Assembly (NCBI GenBank): GCA_037440005.1
Contig: JBBIUY010000004.1
Span: 1-64,000, forward strand
Direction of reading: 5' to 3'
Length of the DNA stretch: 64,000 bases
Origin: Armatimonadota bacterium
GTDB taxonomy: Bacteria > Sysuimicrobiota > Sysuimicrobiia > Sysuimicrobiales > Kaftiobacteriaceae
Under the pieces are notes generated by a model, which was given only the letters and a program-made list of their open reading frames with translations, did no database searches and had not been told where the DNA came from. This document shows positions 40,707 to 50,220 of this stretch, piece after piece. The translations under genes and the position numbers were made by a program. Position 1 is the first letter of the stretch, and the number at the start of each line of letters is the position of its first letter.

Positions 40707-42437
40707 ATGGGGCTGCGCAGCCGGATCATGCTCCTGGTGGCGATCGGCCTGGTCGCCGCCACGGCGCCCCTGGGGATCATGGGCCTGCTGATGGTGCAGG
40801 CGGCCACGGACCGGGTCCTGGAGGAACGGCTCGCCACGACCCGGACCGTGGCCGCCCACCTGAGCGAACGGCTGGCCCAGGGGTGGGCCCACCTGAAGTG
40901 GATCGCGTCCAGGGCTGCGTCCACCGGGGGCCGGGGGCTGGCCGACCTGGACGCCGGCCCCCCCGCGGGAGTTCTGACGGGGGGCATAGCGGTGGTGGAT
41001 GGCCGCGGCCGCCCCCTCGCCGGCGTGCTCAGGTCGGGCGGCCTCCTGGAGGCCGGGGCATGGGTCGTCCGGGAGGCGCTCCGCACCGGGCACCCCCGGA
41101 TCAGCCCCCTGGTGCGTGCCCGCGATGCGGCCGGCGTCCTCCTGGTCGTGCCGGTGACATCTCCCGGCGGGGCGGTGACGGGCGCCGTGGTGGGGGTCGT
41201 CGATCTGACCGGCCCGGTCCTGCGGAACTTCGTCGCCGGCCTGGCCCAGGGGGCGACCGGCCACGCCGTGGTGGTGGACCGGGACGGCACGGTCCTGGCC
41301 AGCACCCGGGACGAAGATCTGTTCACCCGCAGCGAGCACCCGGAGTTCTTCGCCCGGCTGATTTCCGGCGGACGGCCCCTGGTGGCCCCGGCCGAGAAGG
41401 TCTCCACGTCCCGCGGGAGCAGGGAGACCCACGTGATGGCCTTTGCGCCGGTGGCGGGCGCTCCGTGGGGAGTCGGCGTCGGCCAGGACGACCGGGAGAC
41501 CTTCGGCCCCCTACGCCGCCTGCGGGACCGCATCATCGTGTTCGAGGTCCTGGTCCTGGCGGTCGCCCTGGGGTTTGCCTGGCTGGACACCGGGGCCGTC
41601 AGCGCGCCCCTGCGGGCGCTGACCGTCGCCACCGAGCGTATCGCCGGCGGCGACCTCAGCCAGTCCATCGACGTCCGCCGCACCGACGAGATCGGGGATC
41701 TGGGTCGCAGTTTCGAGGTCATGCGGCAGAGGCTGCTGCGCTCGCTGGACGAGAACGCCCGGCTGCAGGAGCGGCTGCTGTCGGTGGCCGTGCTGGAAGA
41801 GCGGGAGCGCATCGCCCGGGAGATGCACGACCACGTGGGACAGGTCCTGGGCTACGTGAACACCAAGGCGCAGGCGGTGCGGGCGCTGGTGGAGGCCGGG
41901 CGGCTGGAGGAGGCCCGCCGTCAGCTGTCCCAGCTGGAGGAGGCGGTGCGGGAGGTCTACGCCGACCTGCGGGAGGCGATCCTCAGCCTGCGGACGGCGC
42001 CCGCTCCCGGCCGACCGCTGGCCCAGGCGCTCCGGGAGTACGCCCTGCGGTTCAGCGAGATGAGCGGGATCCCCGTGGAGGTGGCCATCGAGGCCGACGG
42101 GGCCCTCAGCCGCCTGACGTCCACCGCGGAGCTGCACCTCATCCGTATCGTCCAGGAGGCCCTCACCAACGTCCGCAAACACGCCCGGGCCCGTCGGGCG
42201 TGGGTGCGGTGCGCGTGCCGGGGAGACGAGCTGGTGGTGAGCGTCGCCGACGACGGGGTGGGGTTTGACCCCGGCGGTCCCCACGGCGGGATCCGATTCG
42301 GGGTGTCGTCCATGCGCGAGCGCGCGGAGGCCGTGGGGGGCGCGCTGGCCATCCGGTCCGCCCCCGGAGCCGGGACCGAGGTGGAGGTCCGTCTGCGGAT
42401 CGGGAGGGAGCCCGATGCGCGTGCTGCTGGCCGATGA
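40707..42437 (+). CDS. Sensor histidine kinase (Cache-like, HAMP, HisKA_3)
   Basis: 2 TM helices, HAMP, ERERIAREMHD, DDGVGFD. Confidence 0.92.
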   Translation: MGLRSRIMLLVAIGLVAATAPLGIMGLLMVQAATDRVLEERLATTRTVAAHLSERLAQGWAHLKWIASRAASTGGRGLADLDAGPPAGVLTGGIAVVDGRGRPLAGVLRSGGLLEAGAWVVREALRTGHPRISPLVRARDAAGVLLVVPVTSPGGAVTGAVVGVVDLTGPVLRNFVAGLAQGATGHAVVVDRDGTVLASTRDEDLFTRSEHPEFFARLISGGRPLVAPAEKVSTSRGSRETHVMAFAPVAGAPWGVGVGQDDRETFGPLRRLRDRIIVFEVLVLAVALGFAWLDTGAVSAPLRALTVATERIAGGDLSQSIDVRRTDEIGDLGRSFEVMRQRLLRSLDENARLQERLLSVAVLEERERIAREMHDHVGQVLGYVNTKAQAVRALVEAGRLEEARRQLSQLEEAVREVYADLREAILSLRTAPAPGRPLAQALREYALRFSEMSGIPVEVAIEADGALSRLTSTAELHLIRIVQEALTNVRKHARARRAWVRCACRGDELVVSVADDGVGFDPGGPHGGIRFGVSSMRERAEAVGGALAIRSAPGAGTEVEVRLRIGREPDARAAGR

Positions 42438-43062
42438 CCACGCCCTGTTCCGGGACGGGATCCGCAGCCTGCTGGAAGCCCGGGGCGTGGAGGTGGTGGG
42501 GGAGGCCGGCGACGGGCAGGAGGCGGTGGAGGCCGCGCTCCGGCTGCGGCCGGACGTGATCCTGATGGACGTGACCATGCCGCGCATGGACGGACTGGAC
42601 GCCACGCGGCACATCACGGCGCGCCTGCCGCAGGCGACGGTGGTGATGCTCACCGTCTCCGACGACGACCGCACCCTGTTTGAGGCCCTCAAGAGCGGCG
42701 CCCGGGGCTATTTGCTCAAGAACCTGCGGGCCGAGGAGTTCTTTGAGCTGCTGGCCGGCATCGAGCGCGGCGAGCCCGCCCTCTCGCCCCGCCTGGCGGG
42801 CCGCATCCTGGAGGAGTTCCGCCGGAGCCGGAGGGCGCCCGACCGCCCGGACGCCGACGACCTGACCGAACGGGAGTTGGAGGTCCTGCGGCTGCTCAGC
42901 CAGGGCGCCAGCAACCGAGAGATCGCCGCGGCGTTGCACATCTCGGAGAACACCGTCAAGTTTCACATCAAGAACATCCTGGACAAGCTCCACCTGCGCA
43001 ACCGGGCCGAGGTGGTGGCCTACGCCGCGCGCCGGGGGTGGTTGCCGCCCGGCCCGCCGTAG
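42415..43062 (+). CDS. NarL/LuxR-family response regulator
   Basis: LADDH, LMDVTMP; LTERE..SNREIA HTH. Confidence 0.95.
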   Translation: MRVLLADDHALFRDGIRSLLEARGVEVVGEAGDGQEAVEAALRLRPDVILMDVTMPRMDGLDATRHITARLPQATVVMLTVSDDDRTLFEALKSGARGYLLKNLRAEEFFELLAGIERGEPALSPRLAGRILEEFRRSRRAPDRPDADDLTERELEVLRLLSQGASNREIAAALHISENTVKFHIKNILDKLHLRNRAEVVAYAARRGWLPPGPP

Positions 43063-43104
43063 GCCCAACTCGAGTTTTCCGATCGGCCGCCTCAACAACT
43101 GCAA

Positions 43105-43151
43105 ATACAGTCTCCGCCCGATTGCTGCCGCCGCGGCCGTACCGGTAGCAT
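43105..43151 (+). promoter_or_regulatory. Operator ATACA-N8-CCGAT (43105-43122) with -10 TAGCAT for the oxidase operon
   Basis: 23-nt spacing. Confidence 0.6.
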
Positions 43152-43155
43152 CCGG

Positions 43156-43180
43156 TCAAAGGGATTTTTGTAACCGTTGA
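43156..43180. promoter_or_regulatory. Candidate repressor site TCAAnGG-N11-CCnTTGA
   Basis: AT-rich imperfect inverted repeat between the -10 and the start of the SufR-like gene. Confidence 0.4.
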
Positions 43181-43186
43181 AATGCC

Positions 43187-43879
43187 ATGACCTCGACGCG
43201 TCTTCCACGACCGCCCCGGCGGCGGGCGCCCGTCCTCCGGCCCCCGGACGCCCGGGAGGACATCCTCCGCCACCTGCCGTCGTCGGGCGGCCGCACCGTC
43301 CGCGAGCTGGCGCGCCTGGTCCGCCTGTCCCCGTCGGCGCTGCGTCAGCACCTGGCGTCTCTGGAGCGGGACGGCCTGGTGGACAGGGCGGCGATCCGCG
43401 GGAAGCCGGGGCGGCCGGCGTTCGCATACCGCCGCGCGGTCCCCCCGGCCGGTCCGGTGCCCGCGGACCCGTCCCGGGTCCTCAGCACCCTGCTGCGGGT
43501 GGTGGAGGCCCAGGATCCGCGGCGCGTCGCCGAGATCGTGGACGGCGTGGTGGCGGCGCTGGAGGACGAGTACGGGGCCGTCCGACAGATTTCCGATCCC
43601 GGCGCCCGCGTCCGCGCCGCCGCCTCGGTCCTGTTCGACGCCGAGGGGCAGGCGCAGGTCCGCGCCGCCGCCGACGGCTACGAGGTGAGCCTGCGCCGCT
43701 GCCCCCTGCTCCCGGCGGCGCGGGAGTCCCCGGCGTGCTGCGAGATCGCCCGGCGCCTGCTGGGCAGGCTCTCCGGGGCCGAGGTGGAGCAGCGGGAGTC
43801 GCTGCTGCGAGGGGACCCGCGGTGCCTGTTCGTGCTGCGGGTGCCGCCGGCGTCCCGACATCTGGCGGAGGCGGGGTAA
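43187..43879 (+). CDS. SufR/ArsR-like HTH regulator with C-terminal Cys ligands
   Basis: TVRELA..ALRQHL..LERDGLV..GRP; RCP..CCE..RC. Confidence 0.8.
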   Translation: MTSTRLPRPPRRRAPVLRPPDAREDILRHLPSSGGRTVRELARLVRLSPSALRQHLASLERDGLVDRAAIRGKPGRPAFAYRRAVPPAGPVPADPSRVLSTLLRVVEAQDPRRVAEIVDGVVAALEDEYGAVRQISDPGARVRAAASVLFDAEGQAQVRAAADGYEVSLRRCPLLPAARESPACCEIARRLLGRLSGAEVEQRESLLRGDPRCLFVLRVPPASRHLAEAG

Positions 43880-43885
43880 GGGCCG

Positions 43886-44611
43886 ATGACGCGGCACGCG
43901 GGATGGGTGGTCCTGCTGTGGGTGGTCCTGACCGCCCTGGGCCTGGTGGGGGCCGCGCGGGTGGACCTGCTGCCGGTGGCCGCCGCCCGGGAGGCCCGCA
44001 TTATCGACGACGCCTTCCGGTTCCTGATGCTGCTGGCCGTGCCGGTGTTCACCTTCGTGCTGGCCGTCCTGCTGTACGCCGTCGCCGCCTTCCGCGCCCG
44101 CCGGGAACCTCCGGAGGACGGGCCCCCGCTGTGGGGGCGGTCGGCGGTGCCGTGGGTCTGGCTGGCGGTCACCAGCGCCCTGGCCGTGTACGTGATCGTC
44201 AATCCGGGACTGCGGGGTCTGGCCGAGCTGCGGTCCGACCGACACGCGGACCTGGTGGTGCGGGTGGAGGGGTCCCGGTGGGTGTGGCGGTTCGTCTATC
44301 CCGAGTCGGGCGTCACCAGCCGCGAGCTGGTCCTGCCGGTGGGCCGGCGGGTGCGGTTCGACGTGACCGGGGTGGACGTGGTGCACTCCTTCTGGGTCCC
44401 GGCGTTCCGGGTGAAGGTGGACGCGGTGCCCGGAATGACGACCTCCGTGTACGTGACGCCCACCCGGACCGGAGATCAGGCCGGTGATGTGAATTTCCGG
44501 GTCCAGTGCGCCGAGCTGTGCGGCCTGGGCCACCACCTGATGGCCGCGCCGGTGCGGGTGGTGGATCCCGGGGCGTTCGAGGCGTGGGTGGCCGGGGGCC
44601 GGTCGCCCTAG
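43886..44611 (+). CDS. coxB: Heme-copper oxidase subunit II (CuA, no cytochrome c domain)
   Basis: RWVWRFVY, DVVHSFWVP, CAELCGLGHHLM. Confidence 0.93.
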   Translation: MTRHAGWVVLLWVVLTALGLVGAARVDLLPVAAAREARIIDDAFRFLMLLAVPVFTFVLAVLLYAVAAFRARREPPEDGPPLWGRSAVPWVWLAVTSALAVYVIVNPGLRGLAELRSDRHADLVVRVEGSRWVWRFVYPESGVTSRELVLPVGRRVRFDVTGVDVVHSFWVPAFRVKVDAVPGMTTSVYVTPTRTGDQAGDVNFRVQCAELCGLGHHLMAAPVRVVDPGAFEAWVAGGRSP

Positions 44612-44674
44612 CCGGAGGCGGCGCGGCCGGGGGGAGACGTTTGCCGATCCGGCGTGGCGAGAGGTGAGCGGTCC

Positions 44675-46501
44675 GTGCGAGCGATCGTGCGCGGGATAGG
44701 GTGGGGGGCGGCCGGCTTCGCGCTGGGCGCCCTGGCGGCGACGGCGGCCGGGTGGGCGGCGGGGCGTCCGCCGCGGGCCGAGGTCCTGGTGACCCTCGGG
44801 TACGTCGCCGGGCTGACCGGCTGGCTGCTGGGCGTCGGCCTGTGGGACGCCTGGGCCCGGGGGTGGTTCGGGCTCCCCGTCCGCCACGAGCCCGATCACA
44901 CGTGGCGGCGCTACTTCCGGTTCACCACCGACCACAAGGTCATCGGCGTGCAGTACCTGGTGACCTTCGTGGTGCTGTTCGTTCTGGCCGGGGCGATGGC
45001 GCTGGTCATGCGGGTGGAGTTGGCGGCCCCGGGGCCGACGGTGATGAGCGCCGGCGCCTACACCCACCTGATGAGCCTGCACGGCATCATCATGATCGCC
45101 GTGGCGGTGGCCACCATCCTGGGGGGGTTCGGCAACTACCTGGTGCCGCTCATGATCGGGGCCGAGGACATGGCCTTCCCGCGCCTGAACGCCCTCAGCT
45201 ACTGGCTGGTGCCGCCGGTGGCCGTCCTGCTGGTGGCCACGCCGTTGGCCGGGGGGTTCGACACCGGGTGGACCGCCTACCCGCCCCTCAGCGAGGTCAA
45301 CGCCAGCGGCCAGGTCCTGTTCAACCTGGCGGTGATCACCTTCGGGCTGTCCTCCATCCTGGGCGGGATCAACTTCCTGGCCACCATCGTGGGCCTGCGG
45401 GCGCCCGGGATGACCTGGCGGCGGCTGCCCATCTTCGTGTGGGCGGTGTTCGCGGCGTCGCTGATCAGCGTCACCGCCACCCAGTACCTGGCGGCGGGGC
45501 TGCTGATGGTCCTGCTGGACCGGGAGGCGGGCATGGCGTTCTTCGCCGCGGCCCGGGGCGGCATGCCCCTGCTGTACCAGCACATCTTCTGGTTCTACTC
45601 GCACCCGGCGGTGTACATCATGATCCTGCCCGCCTTCGGGCTGGCCCTGGAGGTTCTGACCCACTTCTCCCGCAAACCCCTGTACGCCTACCCCTGGGTG
45701 GTGGGGGGATTTCTGGGGATCGTGGGGCTCAGCTTCGTGGTGTGGGCGCACCACCTGTACACCAGCGGCATGCGGGAGTCGCTGCTGGGGCCGTTCATGG
45801 CCACCACCGAGCTCATCTCCATCCCCACCGGGCTGGTGTTCCTGGCCGCCCTGGGGACGCTGTGGATGGGCCGGCTGTGGCTGCGGACGCCGATGCTGTT
45901 CGCCCTGGGGTTTCTGTTCAACTTCCTCATCGGGGGCGTGACCGGCATCTTCAACGCCGACGTGCCCACGGACCTGCACCTGCAGGACACCTACTTCGTG
46001 GTCGGGCACTTCCACTACACCATCGTGGGCGGGATGATCTTCGCCCTGTTCGCCGGCCTGTACTACTGGTTCCCCAAGATCACCGGGCGGATGTACGACG
46101 AGCGGCTGGGCCGGGTGCACTTCTGGTGGATGTTCCTGGCCTACAACGCCACCTTCCTGCCCATGTTCTGGGCGGGGGTGCACGGGATGAACCGGCGCAT
46201 CGCCGACTACCCGGCCCCCCTGGCCGGGGTGAACCTGTGGATCTCGGCGATGGCCGTCGTGCTGGGGGCCAGCGTCGTGGTGTTCCTGTGGAACGCGGTG
46301 GCCAGCTGGATCCGCGGGCCGCAGGCCGCGGCCAACCCCTGGGGCGCCCGCACCCTGGAGTGGCAGGTGCCCTCGCCCCCGCCCGAGGGCAACTTCCCCC
46401 ACCCGCCCCGGGTGGTGGGCGACCCCTATGCCTACGGGGTGCCGGGAGCCGCGCACGCCGTGGTGGCCGCCGCCGGCGGGGCCGGGGAGGGAGGGGGGTA
46501 A
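44675..46501 (+). CDS. coxA: Heme-copper oxidase subunit I, A2-type, with 2-TM N-terminal extension
   Basis: TTDHKVIG, LHG, DMAFPRLN, WFYSHPAVY, WAHH, GHFHY; alternative start at 44654. Confidence 0.96.
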   Translation: MRAIVRGIGWGAAGFALGALAATAAGWAAGRPPRAEVLVTLGYVAGLTGWLLGVGLWDAWARGWFGLPVRHEPDHTWRRYFRFTTDHKVIGVQYLVTFVVLFVLAGAMALVMRVELAAPGPTVMSAGAYTHLMSLHGIIMIAVAVATILGGFGNYLVPLMIGAEDMAFPRLNALSYWLVPPVAVLLVATPLAGGFDTGWTAYPPLSEVNASGQVLFNLAVITFGLSSILGGINFLATIVGLRAPGMTWRRLPIFVWAVFAASLISVTATQYLAAGLLMVLLDREAGMAFFAAARGGMPLLYQHIFWFYSHPAVYIMILPAFGLALEVLTHFSRKPLYAYPWVVGGFLGIVGLSFVVWAHHLYTSGMRESLLGPFMATTELISIPTGLVFLAALGTLWMGRLWLRTPMLFALGFLFNFLIGGVTGIFNADVPTDLHLQDTYFVVGHFHYTIVGGMIFALFAGLYYWFPKITGRMYDERLGRVHFWWMFLAYNATFLPMFWAGVHGMNRRIADYPAPLAGVNLWISAMAVVLGASVVVFLWNAVASWIRGPQAAANPWGARTLEWQVPSPPPEGNFPHPPRVVGDPYAYGVPGAAHAVVAAAGGAGEGGG

Positions 46502-46507
46502 TCGCTC

Positions 46508-46714
46508 ATGGGCCGGGCGGACATCGGGGCGCGGCTGCGGGTGGGCACGCGGGCGCTGGTCACCCTGCTAATCCTGACCGCGGTGGAGGTGCCGGTGGCG
46601 TTCCGGGTGCCTCGCCCGCTGCCGTGGCTGATCCTGCTCAACCTGGCGGACGCGGCGCTGATCGTCTGGTACTTCATGCACATCGCCGACCTGTGGCGTC
46701 CGGGGGAGGACTGA
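46508..46714 (+). CDS. Cytochrome oxidase subunit IV-like protein
   Basis: LTAVE..ALIVWYFMH; 2 TM helices. Confidence 0.8.
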   Translation: MGRADIGARLRVGTRALVTLLILTAVEVPVAFRVPRPLPWLILLNLADAALIVWYFMHIADLWRPGED

Positions 46715-46716
46715 CG

Positions 46717-47283
46717 GTGGCCGCCCACGTTGCCGCACACCCCCGCTACCGCCGGCTGGACCTCCGCCGGCTGGGCCTGTGGCTGTTCCTGCTGTCGGAA
46801 GGGTTCCTGTTTTCCGCCCTGATCGCCGCCCGCTACTACCTGCTGGGCCTGCAGCGGCCCGAGGGGCTCAACCAGCCTCTGGGGCTGGCCATCACCGTGG
46901 TGCTGCTGGCCAGCAGCCTCACCGCCTACCGCGCCGAGACCGCCATCGCCGGGGGGGACCGGCCGCTGTTCCTGCGCAACACCCTGGCCACGGTGGCCCT
47001 GGGCCTGCTGTTCCTGGCGGGGGTGGGGGTGGAGTGGGCGCAGGCGTTCGCCCACTTTCCCCCGACCCGGCCGGTGGGCACCGTCTTCTTCACCCTGACC
47101 GGCATGCACGCCCTGCACGTCCTCAGCGGCGTGGTCCTGCTGGCCGGCGTGTACCTGCACGGCCGCCGCGGACGGTACGGCCCCGGGGCCTTCTGGCCGG
47201 TGGAGGGCGCGGTCAAGTACTGGCACTTCGTGGACGTGGTGTGGGTCTTCATCTACCCCACCCTGTACCTGGTCACCGCCTGA
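46717..47283 (+). CDS. coxC: Heme-copper oxidase subunit III (short form)
   Basis: GLWLFLLSE..F, LTGMHALHV, YWHFVDVVW. Confidence 0.93.
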   Translation: MAAHVAAHPRYRRLDLRRLGLWLFLLSEGFLFSALIAARYYLLGLQRPEGLNQPLGLAITVVLLASSLTAYRAETAIAGGDRPLFLRNTLATVALGLLFLAGVGVEWAQAFAHFPPTRPVGTVFFTLTGMHALHVLSGVVLLAGVYLHGRRGRYGPGAFWPVEGAVKYWHFVDVVWVFIYPTLYLVTA

Positions 47284-47331
47284 CCGTCCCGCTCTGGCCC
47301 CCTCCAGGCCACGTCCCCTCCGCCGGGACTC

Positions 47332-47401
47332 CCTACCCGGCCGGGTAGGTGGCCGGACTACCCGCACGGGCGTTGTGCCCCGCCGTCTGCCCGGACTACC
47401 C
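47332..47401 (+). promoter_or_regulatory. Internal regulatory region: 18-bp palindrome plus CCGGACTACCC direct repeats
   Basis: CCTACCCGG|CCGGGTAGG at 47332-47349; CCGGACTACCC at 47353 and 47391. Confidence 0.5.
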
Positions 47402-47432
47402 TGGCGTCGGGCCGGTGGCCCGGAGGGGAGCC

Positions 47433-47888
47433 GTGGAGCGGCGCGCCGACGGAATCGTGTACTTCGCCCTGGCGGTGGCCGTGGTCGCCCTGGCGGTCAG
47501 CCTGCTGGCGTACGCCCGGCGGGCCCGGCCGGAGGCCGGCCCGCCGCCGCGGGCCGCCGCCACCCTCACCCTCTCCATGGTGGTGGCGACCTTCACGGGT
47601 CCGGGCATGGCCGCCCACCGGTGGTACCCCACCATGCTGGTGGCGCGGGTGGGAGACACCATCGACCTGGCCGTGGCGAACCCCGACACCTTCGCCCACC
47701 AGCTGGAGGTCACCGGCTACAACCTGCGAACCCGCCGGCTGGCTCCCGGCGCCAGCGACGACCTGCGCTTTGTGGCCGACCGGCCCGGCGTGTTCGTGTA
47801 CCGGTGCGTCCTCCCCCACAACCCGGCGGCCGGGGAGTGCACTCCGGACCACGAGCAGATGCGTGGGTACCTCATCGTAACCGAGTGA
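47433..47888 (+). CDS. Membrane-anchored cupredoxin 1 (H...C-x10-C-x3-H-x2-M)
   Basis: TM, GDTIDL.V.N..AHQL, PGVFVYRCVLPHNPAAGECTPDHEQMRG. Confidence 0.85.
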   Translation: MERRADGIVYFALAVAVVALAVSLLAYARRARPEAGPPPRAAATLTLSMVVATFTGPGMAAHRWYPTMLVARVGDTIDLAVANPDTFAHQLEVTGYNLRTRRLAPGASDDLRFVADRPGVFVYRCVLPHNPAAGECTPDHEQMRGYLIVTE

Positions 47889-48349
47889 TGGGTATGGACG
47901 GCGTCCGGTCGGCGGTGGCGGGGCTCACCGTGGGGGTCTCGCTGGTCGCCCTGGGGATCGGCGGGCTGGCCCTGCTGGCCTCCGCCCCGGCGGCACCGCC
48001 GCCAGAGCGCGTGGACCTGGAGCTGCTCATCACCGGCCGGGGCGCCATCGGGGGGCCGGCCGAGAGCCACCTGTTCGACCCCCAGATGCTGGTGGTGCGC
48101 CGGGGGGACACCGTGCGGCTGCGGGTGATCAACCTGTCCCACTTCCGTCACGGCCTGGAGTTCGCCGGCCTGGGCGTGCGCACCGCCGCGCTGCCCGGCG
48201 GGGCGGCGGACGTGGTGGAGTTTGTGGCGGCACGGCCGGGGATTTTCGAGTACCGGTGCTATTTGCCCCACGATCCGGCCACGGGCACCTGCGCCCCCGA
48301 CCACGACCGGATGGTGGGGCACCTGGTGGTGGTGGAGGGACGGCGGTGA
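47888..48349 (+). CDS. Membrane-anchored cupredoxin 2 (H...C-x10-C-x3-H-x2-M)
   Basis: TM, GDTVRLRVIN..RHGL, PGIFEYRCYLPHDPATGTCAPDHDRMVG. Confidence 0.85.
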   Translation: MGMDGVRSAVAGLTVGVSLVALGIGGLALLASAPAAPPPERVDLELLITGRGAIGGPAESHLFDPQMLVVRRGDTVRLRVINLSHFRHGLEFAGLGVRTAALPGGAADVVEFVAARPGIFEYRCYLPHDPATGTCAPDHDRMVGHLVVVEGRR

Positions 48350-48392
48350 GAGGACGCGGGAGATTTACGAGCCCCTCGGGGAGGTGAGGAGG

Positions 48393-48857
48393 ATGCGGGG
48401 ACGGACGGCGCTGGTTGTGGGCGTGGTGGCGGTCCTGCTGGCCGTCGGGCCGGCGGCGGGCGCGCCCAAGGCCCAGAAGGTCACGGTGGTGCTCAACGAG
48501 ATGAGCTTCACGCCCGCCCGGGTGACGGTGACGGCCGGCACGCCGGTGCAGCTGACCCTGGTCAACCGGGGCAAGCAAAAGCACGAGTTCATGGTCTACA
48601 CGCCGCCCCGGACGGCGCTGGCCGGAGACGAGCTCGAAGAGTGGGCCAAGGAGAACTCGTACTTCAAGGGCCTCGAGGTAACCGTGGAGACCGCCGGCGT
48701 GGAGATCGGGGCGGAGGCCCTGATGGAGGTCGAGGTGGGGCCGGGCCGGTCCGCCGAACTGACGTTCACGCCGCGGCGGACGGGGACGTTCGAGATGGGC
48801 TGCCACCTGGAAGGCCATTACGAGGCGGGGATGAAGGGGACGTTTGTGGTCCGTTGA
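48393..48857 (+). CDS. Exported type-1 copper cupredoxin (H...C-x4-H-x4-M)
   Basis: Signal peptide, MSFTP, KHEF, GCHLEGHYEAGMKG. Confidence 0.88.
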   Translation: MRGRTALVVGVVAVLLAVGPAAGAPKAQKVTVVLNEMSFTPARVTVTAGTPVQLTLVNRGKQKHEFMVYTPPRTALAGDELEEWAKENSYFKGLEVTVETAGVEIGAEALMEVEVGPGRSAELTFTPRRTGTFEMGCHLEGHYEAGMKGTFVVR

Positions 48858-48873
48858 CGCCGGGAGGACACCC

Positions 48874-49317
48874 ATGAACGGTCGCGGGGCGCTGCTGTTC
48901 GCCGGGAGCTTTGCGGTGGTGCTCACCGCCCTGGCCGGGTACGTGGTGGTGCGGTCCTACGCGCCTCCCGCCTCGGCGGCGCCTCCCGTCGTGCCCGAGG
49001 TCCGGCAGTTCGACCTGTGGCTGCACGTCCTGGAGGCCGCCGACGCCTCGGTGCGCCACTGGGTCCCGCCCGTGCTGGTGGTGAACGCGGGCGACACCGT
49101 CATCCTGCGGGTGCACAACGGCGACCCGGACACCGCCCACGGCTTTGCCCTGGGCGCTTTCAACCTGACGGTCCCCACCATCCCGCCCGGGCAGACGGCG
49201 ACGGTGCGCTTTGTGGCGCGGCGGCCCGGGATCTACCACTACGGGTGCGCCGCCGCCGGGTGCGCGCCGGACCACGCCGGGCAGACCGGCCAGCTGGTGG
49301 TGCTGGGAGGGCGGTAG
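48874..49317 (+). CDS. Membrane-anchored cupredoxin 4 (H...C-x4-C-x3-H-x2-Q)
   Basis: TM, GDTVILRVHN..AHGF, PGIYHYGCAAAGCAPDHAGQTG. Confidence 0.82.
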   Translation: MNGRGALLFAGSFAVVLTALAGYVVVRSYAPPASAAPPVVPEVRQFDLWLHVLEAADASVRHWVPPVLVVNAGDTVILRVHNGDPDTAHGFALGAFNLTVPTIPPGQTATVRFVARRPGIYHYGCAAAGCAPDHAGQTGQLVVLGGR

Positions 49318-50220
49318 GTGGCCCTCACGCGGCGGTCGTTCCTCAAGGCGCTGGCCGCGGGAGCGGCGGCGCTGACGGCGGGCCCCCTGACCCGGTGGCG
49401 GCGCGGCCGGCCGGTGCCGGCCCTGGTGGCCCGGCCGGGAGGCGGACACGCCCTGGCGCGGCTGGAGGCCGTGCCGTCGGGCGGGGGCGTGGCCCTGGCC
49501 TACGCCGCGGAACCGCCGGCGCCGGAGCCGGGCGGTGCGCCGGGACGGCGGTGGGTGATGGTCATCGACCTGGCCCGCTGCGACGGCTGCCGCGAGTGCA
49601 CCCGGGCCTGCCAGGCGATGCACGTCGTCCCCGCCGGCCAGGAGTGGATCCGGGTGTACGAGCTGCAGGACCACGAGGCCGGCGCCCCCTACTGGTTTCC
49701 CCGGCCGTGCATGCAGTGCGACAACCCGCCCTGCGTGAAGGTCTGCCCGGTGTCGGCCACCTGGAAGCGGGAGGACGGCATCGTGATGCAGGACACCTCC
49801 CGCTGCATCGGGTGCCGGTTCTGCATGGCGGCCTGTCCCTACCAGGCCCGCAGCTTCAACTGGGTGGACCCCGACGTGCCCGGCATGCCCGACGAGCCGT
49901 ACTCCATGGAGTGGAACCGGGTGCACCGGCGGGGTACCACCGAGAAGTGCATCTTCTGCCCCGCGCTGGTGGCCGAAGGCCGGCTGCCCGCCTGCGCGGC
50001 CGCGTGCCCCATGGGGGCCATCTACTTCGGCGACCAGCAGGAGGACGCCGTGACCAACTCCCAGGGGGAGACGGTGAGGTTCTCCGAGCTGGTCCAGGGC
50101 CAGGGGGGGTACCGCTTCCTGGAGGAGCTGGGCACCGAGCCCCGGGTCTACTACCTGCCCCCGCGGCGGCGCCTGTACCCGGCGCCCGTCCCCGCGGCGG
50201 CGGCGGAGGACCAGCGGTGA
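49318..50220 (+). CDS. Tat-exported 4x[4Fe-4S] protein (NrfC/QrcC/ActB2-like)
   Basis: TRRSFLK, WVMVIDLARCDGC..C, CMQCDNPPC..CP, CIGC..C..CPY, EKCIFC, ELGTEPRVYYL. Confidence 0.9.
   Translation: MALTRRSFLKALAAGAAALTAGPLTRWRRGRPVPALVARPGGGHALARLEAVPSGGGVALAYAAEPPAPEPGGAPGRRWVMVIDLARCDGCRECTRACQAMHVVPAGQEWIRVYELQDHEAGAPYWFPRPCMQCDNPPCVKVCPVSATWKREDGIVMQDTSRCIGCRFCMAACPYQARSFNWVDPDVPGMPDEPYSMEWNRVHRRGTTEKCIFCPALVAEGRLPACAAACPMGAIYFGDQQEDAVTNSQGETVRFSELVQGQGGYRFLEELGTEPRVYYLPPRRRLYPAPVPAAAAEDQR

Noticed and set aside
42968..46456. Long antisense and alternative-frame ORFs (for example 1162 aa here, 13184-16525 and 55112-57892)
   Set aside because: Low-complexity G/R/P/A translations overlapping well-supported genes; typical high-GC shadow ORFs
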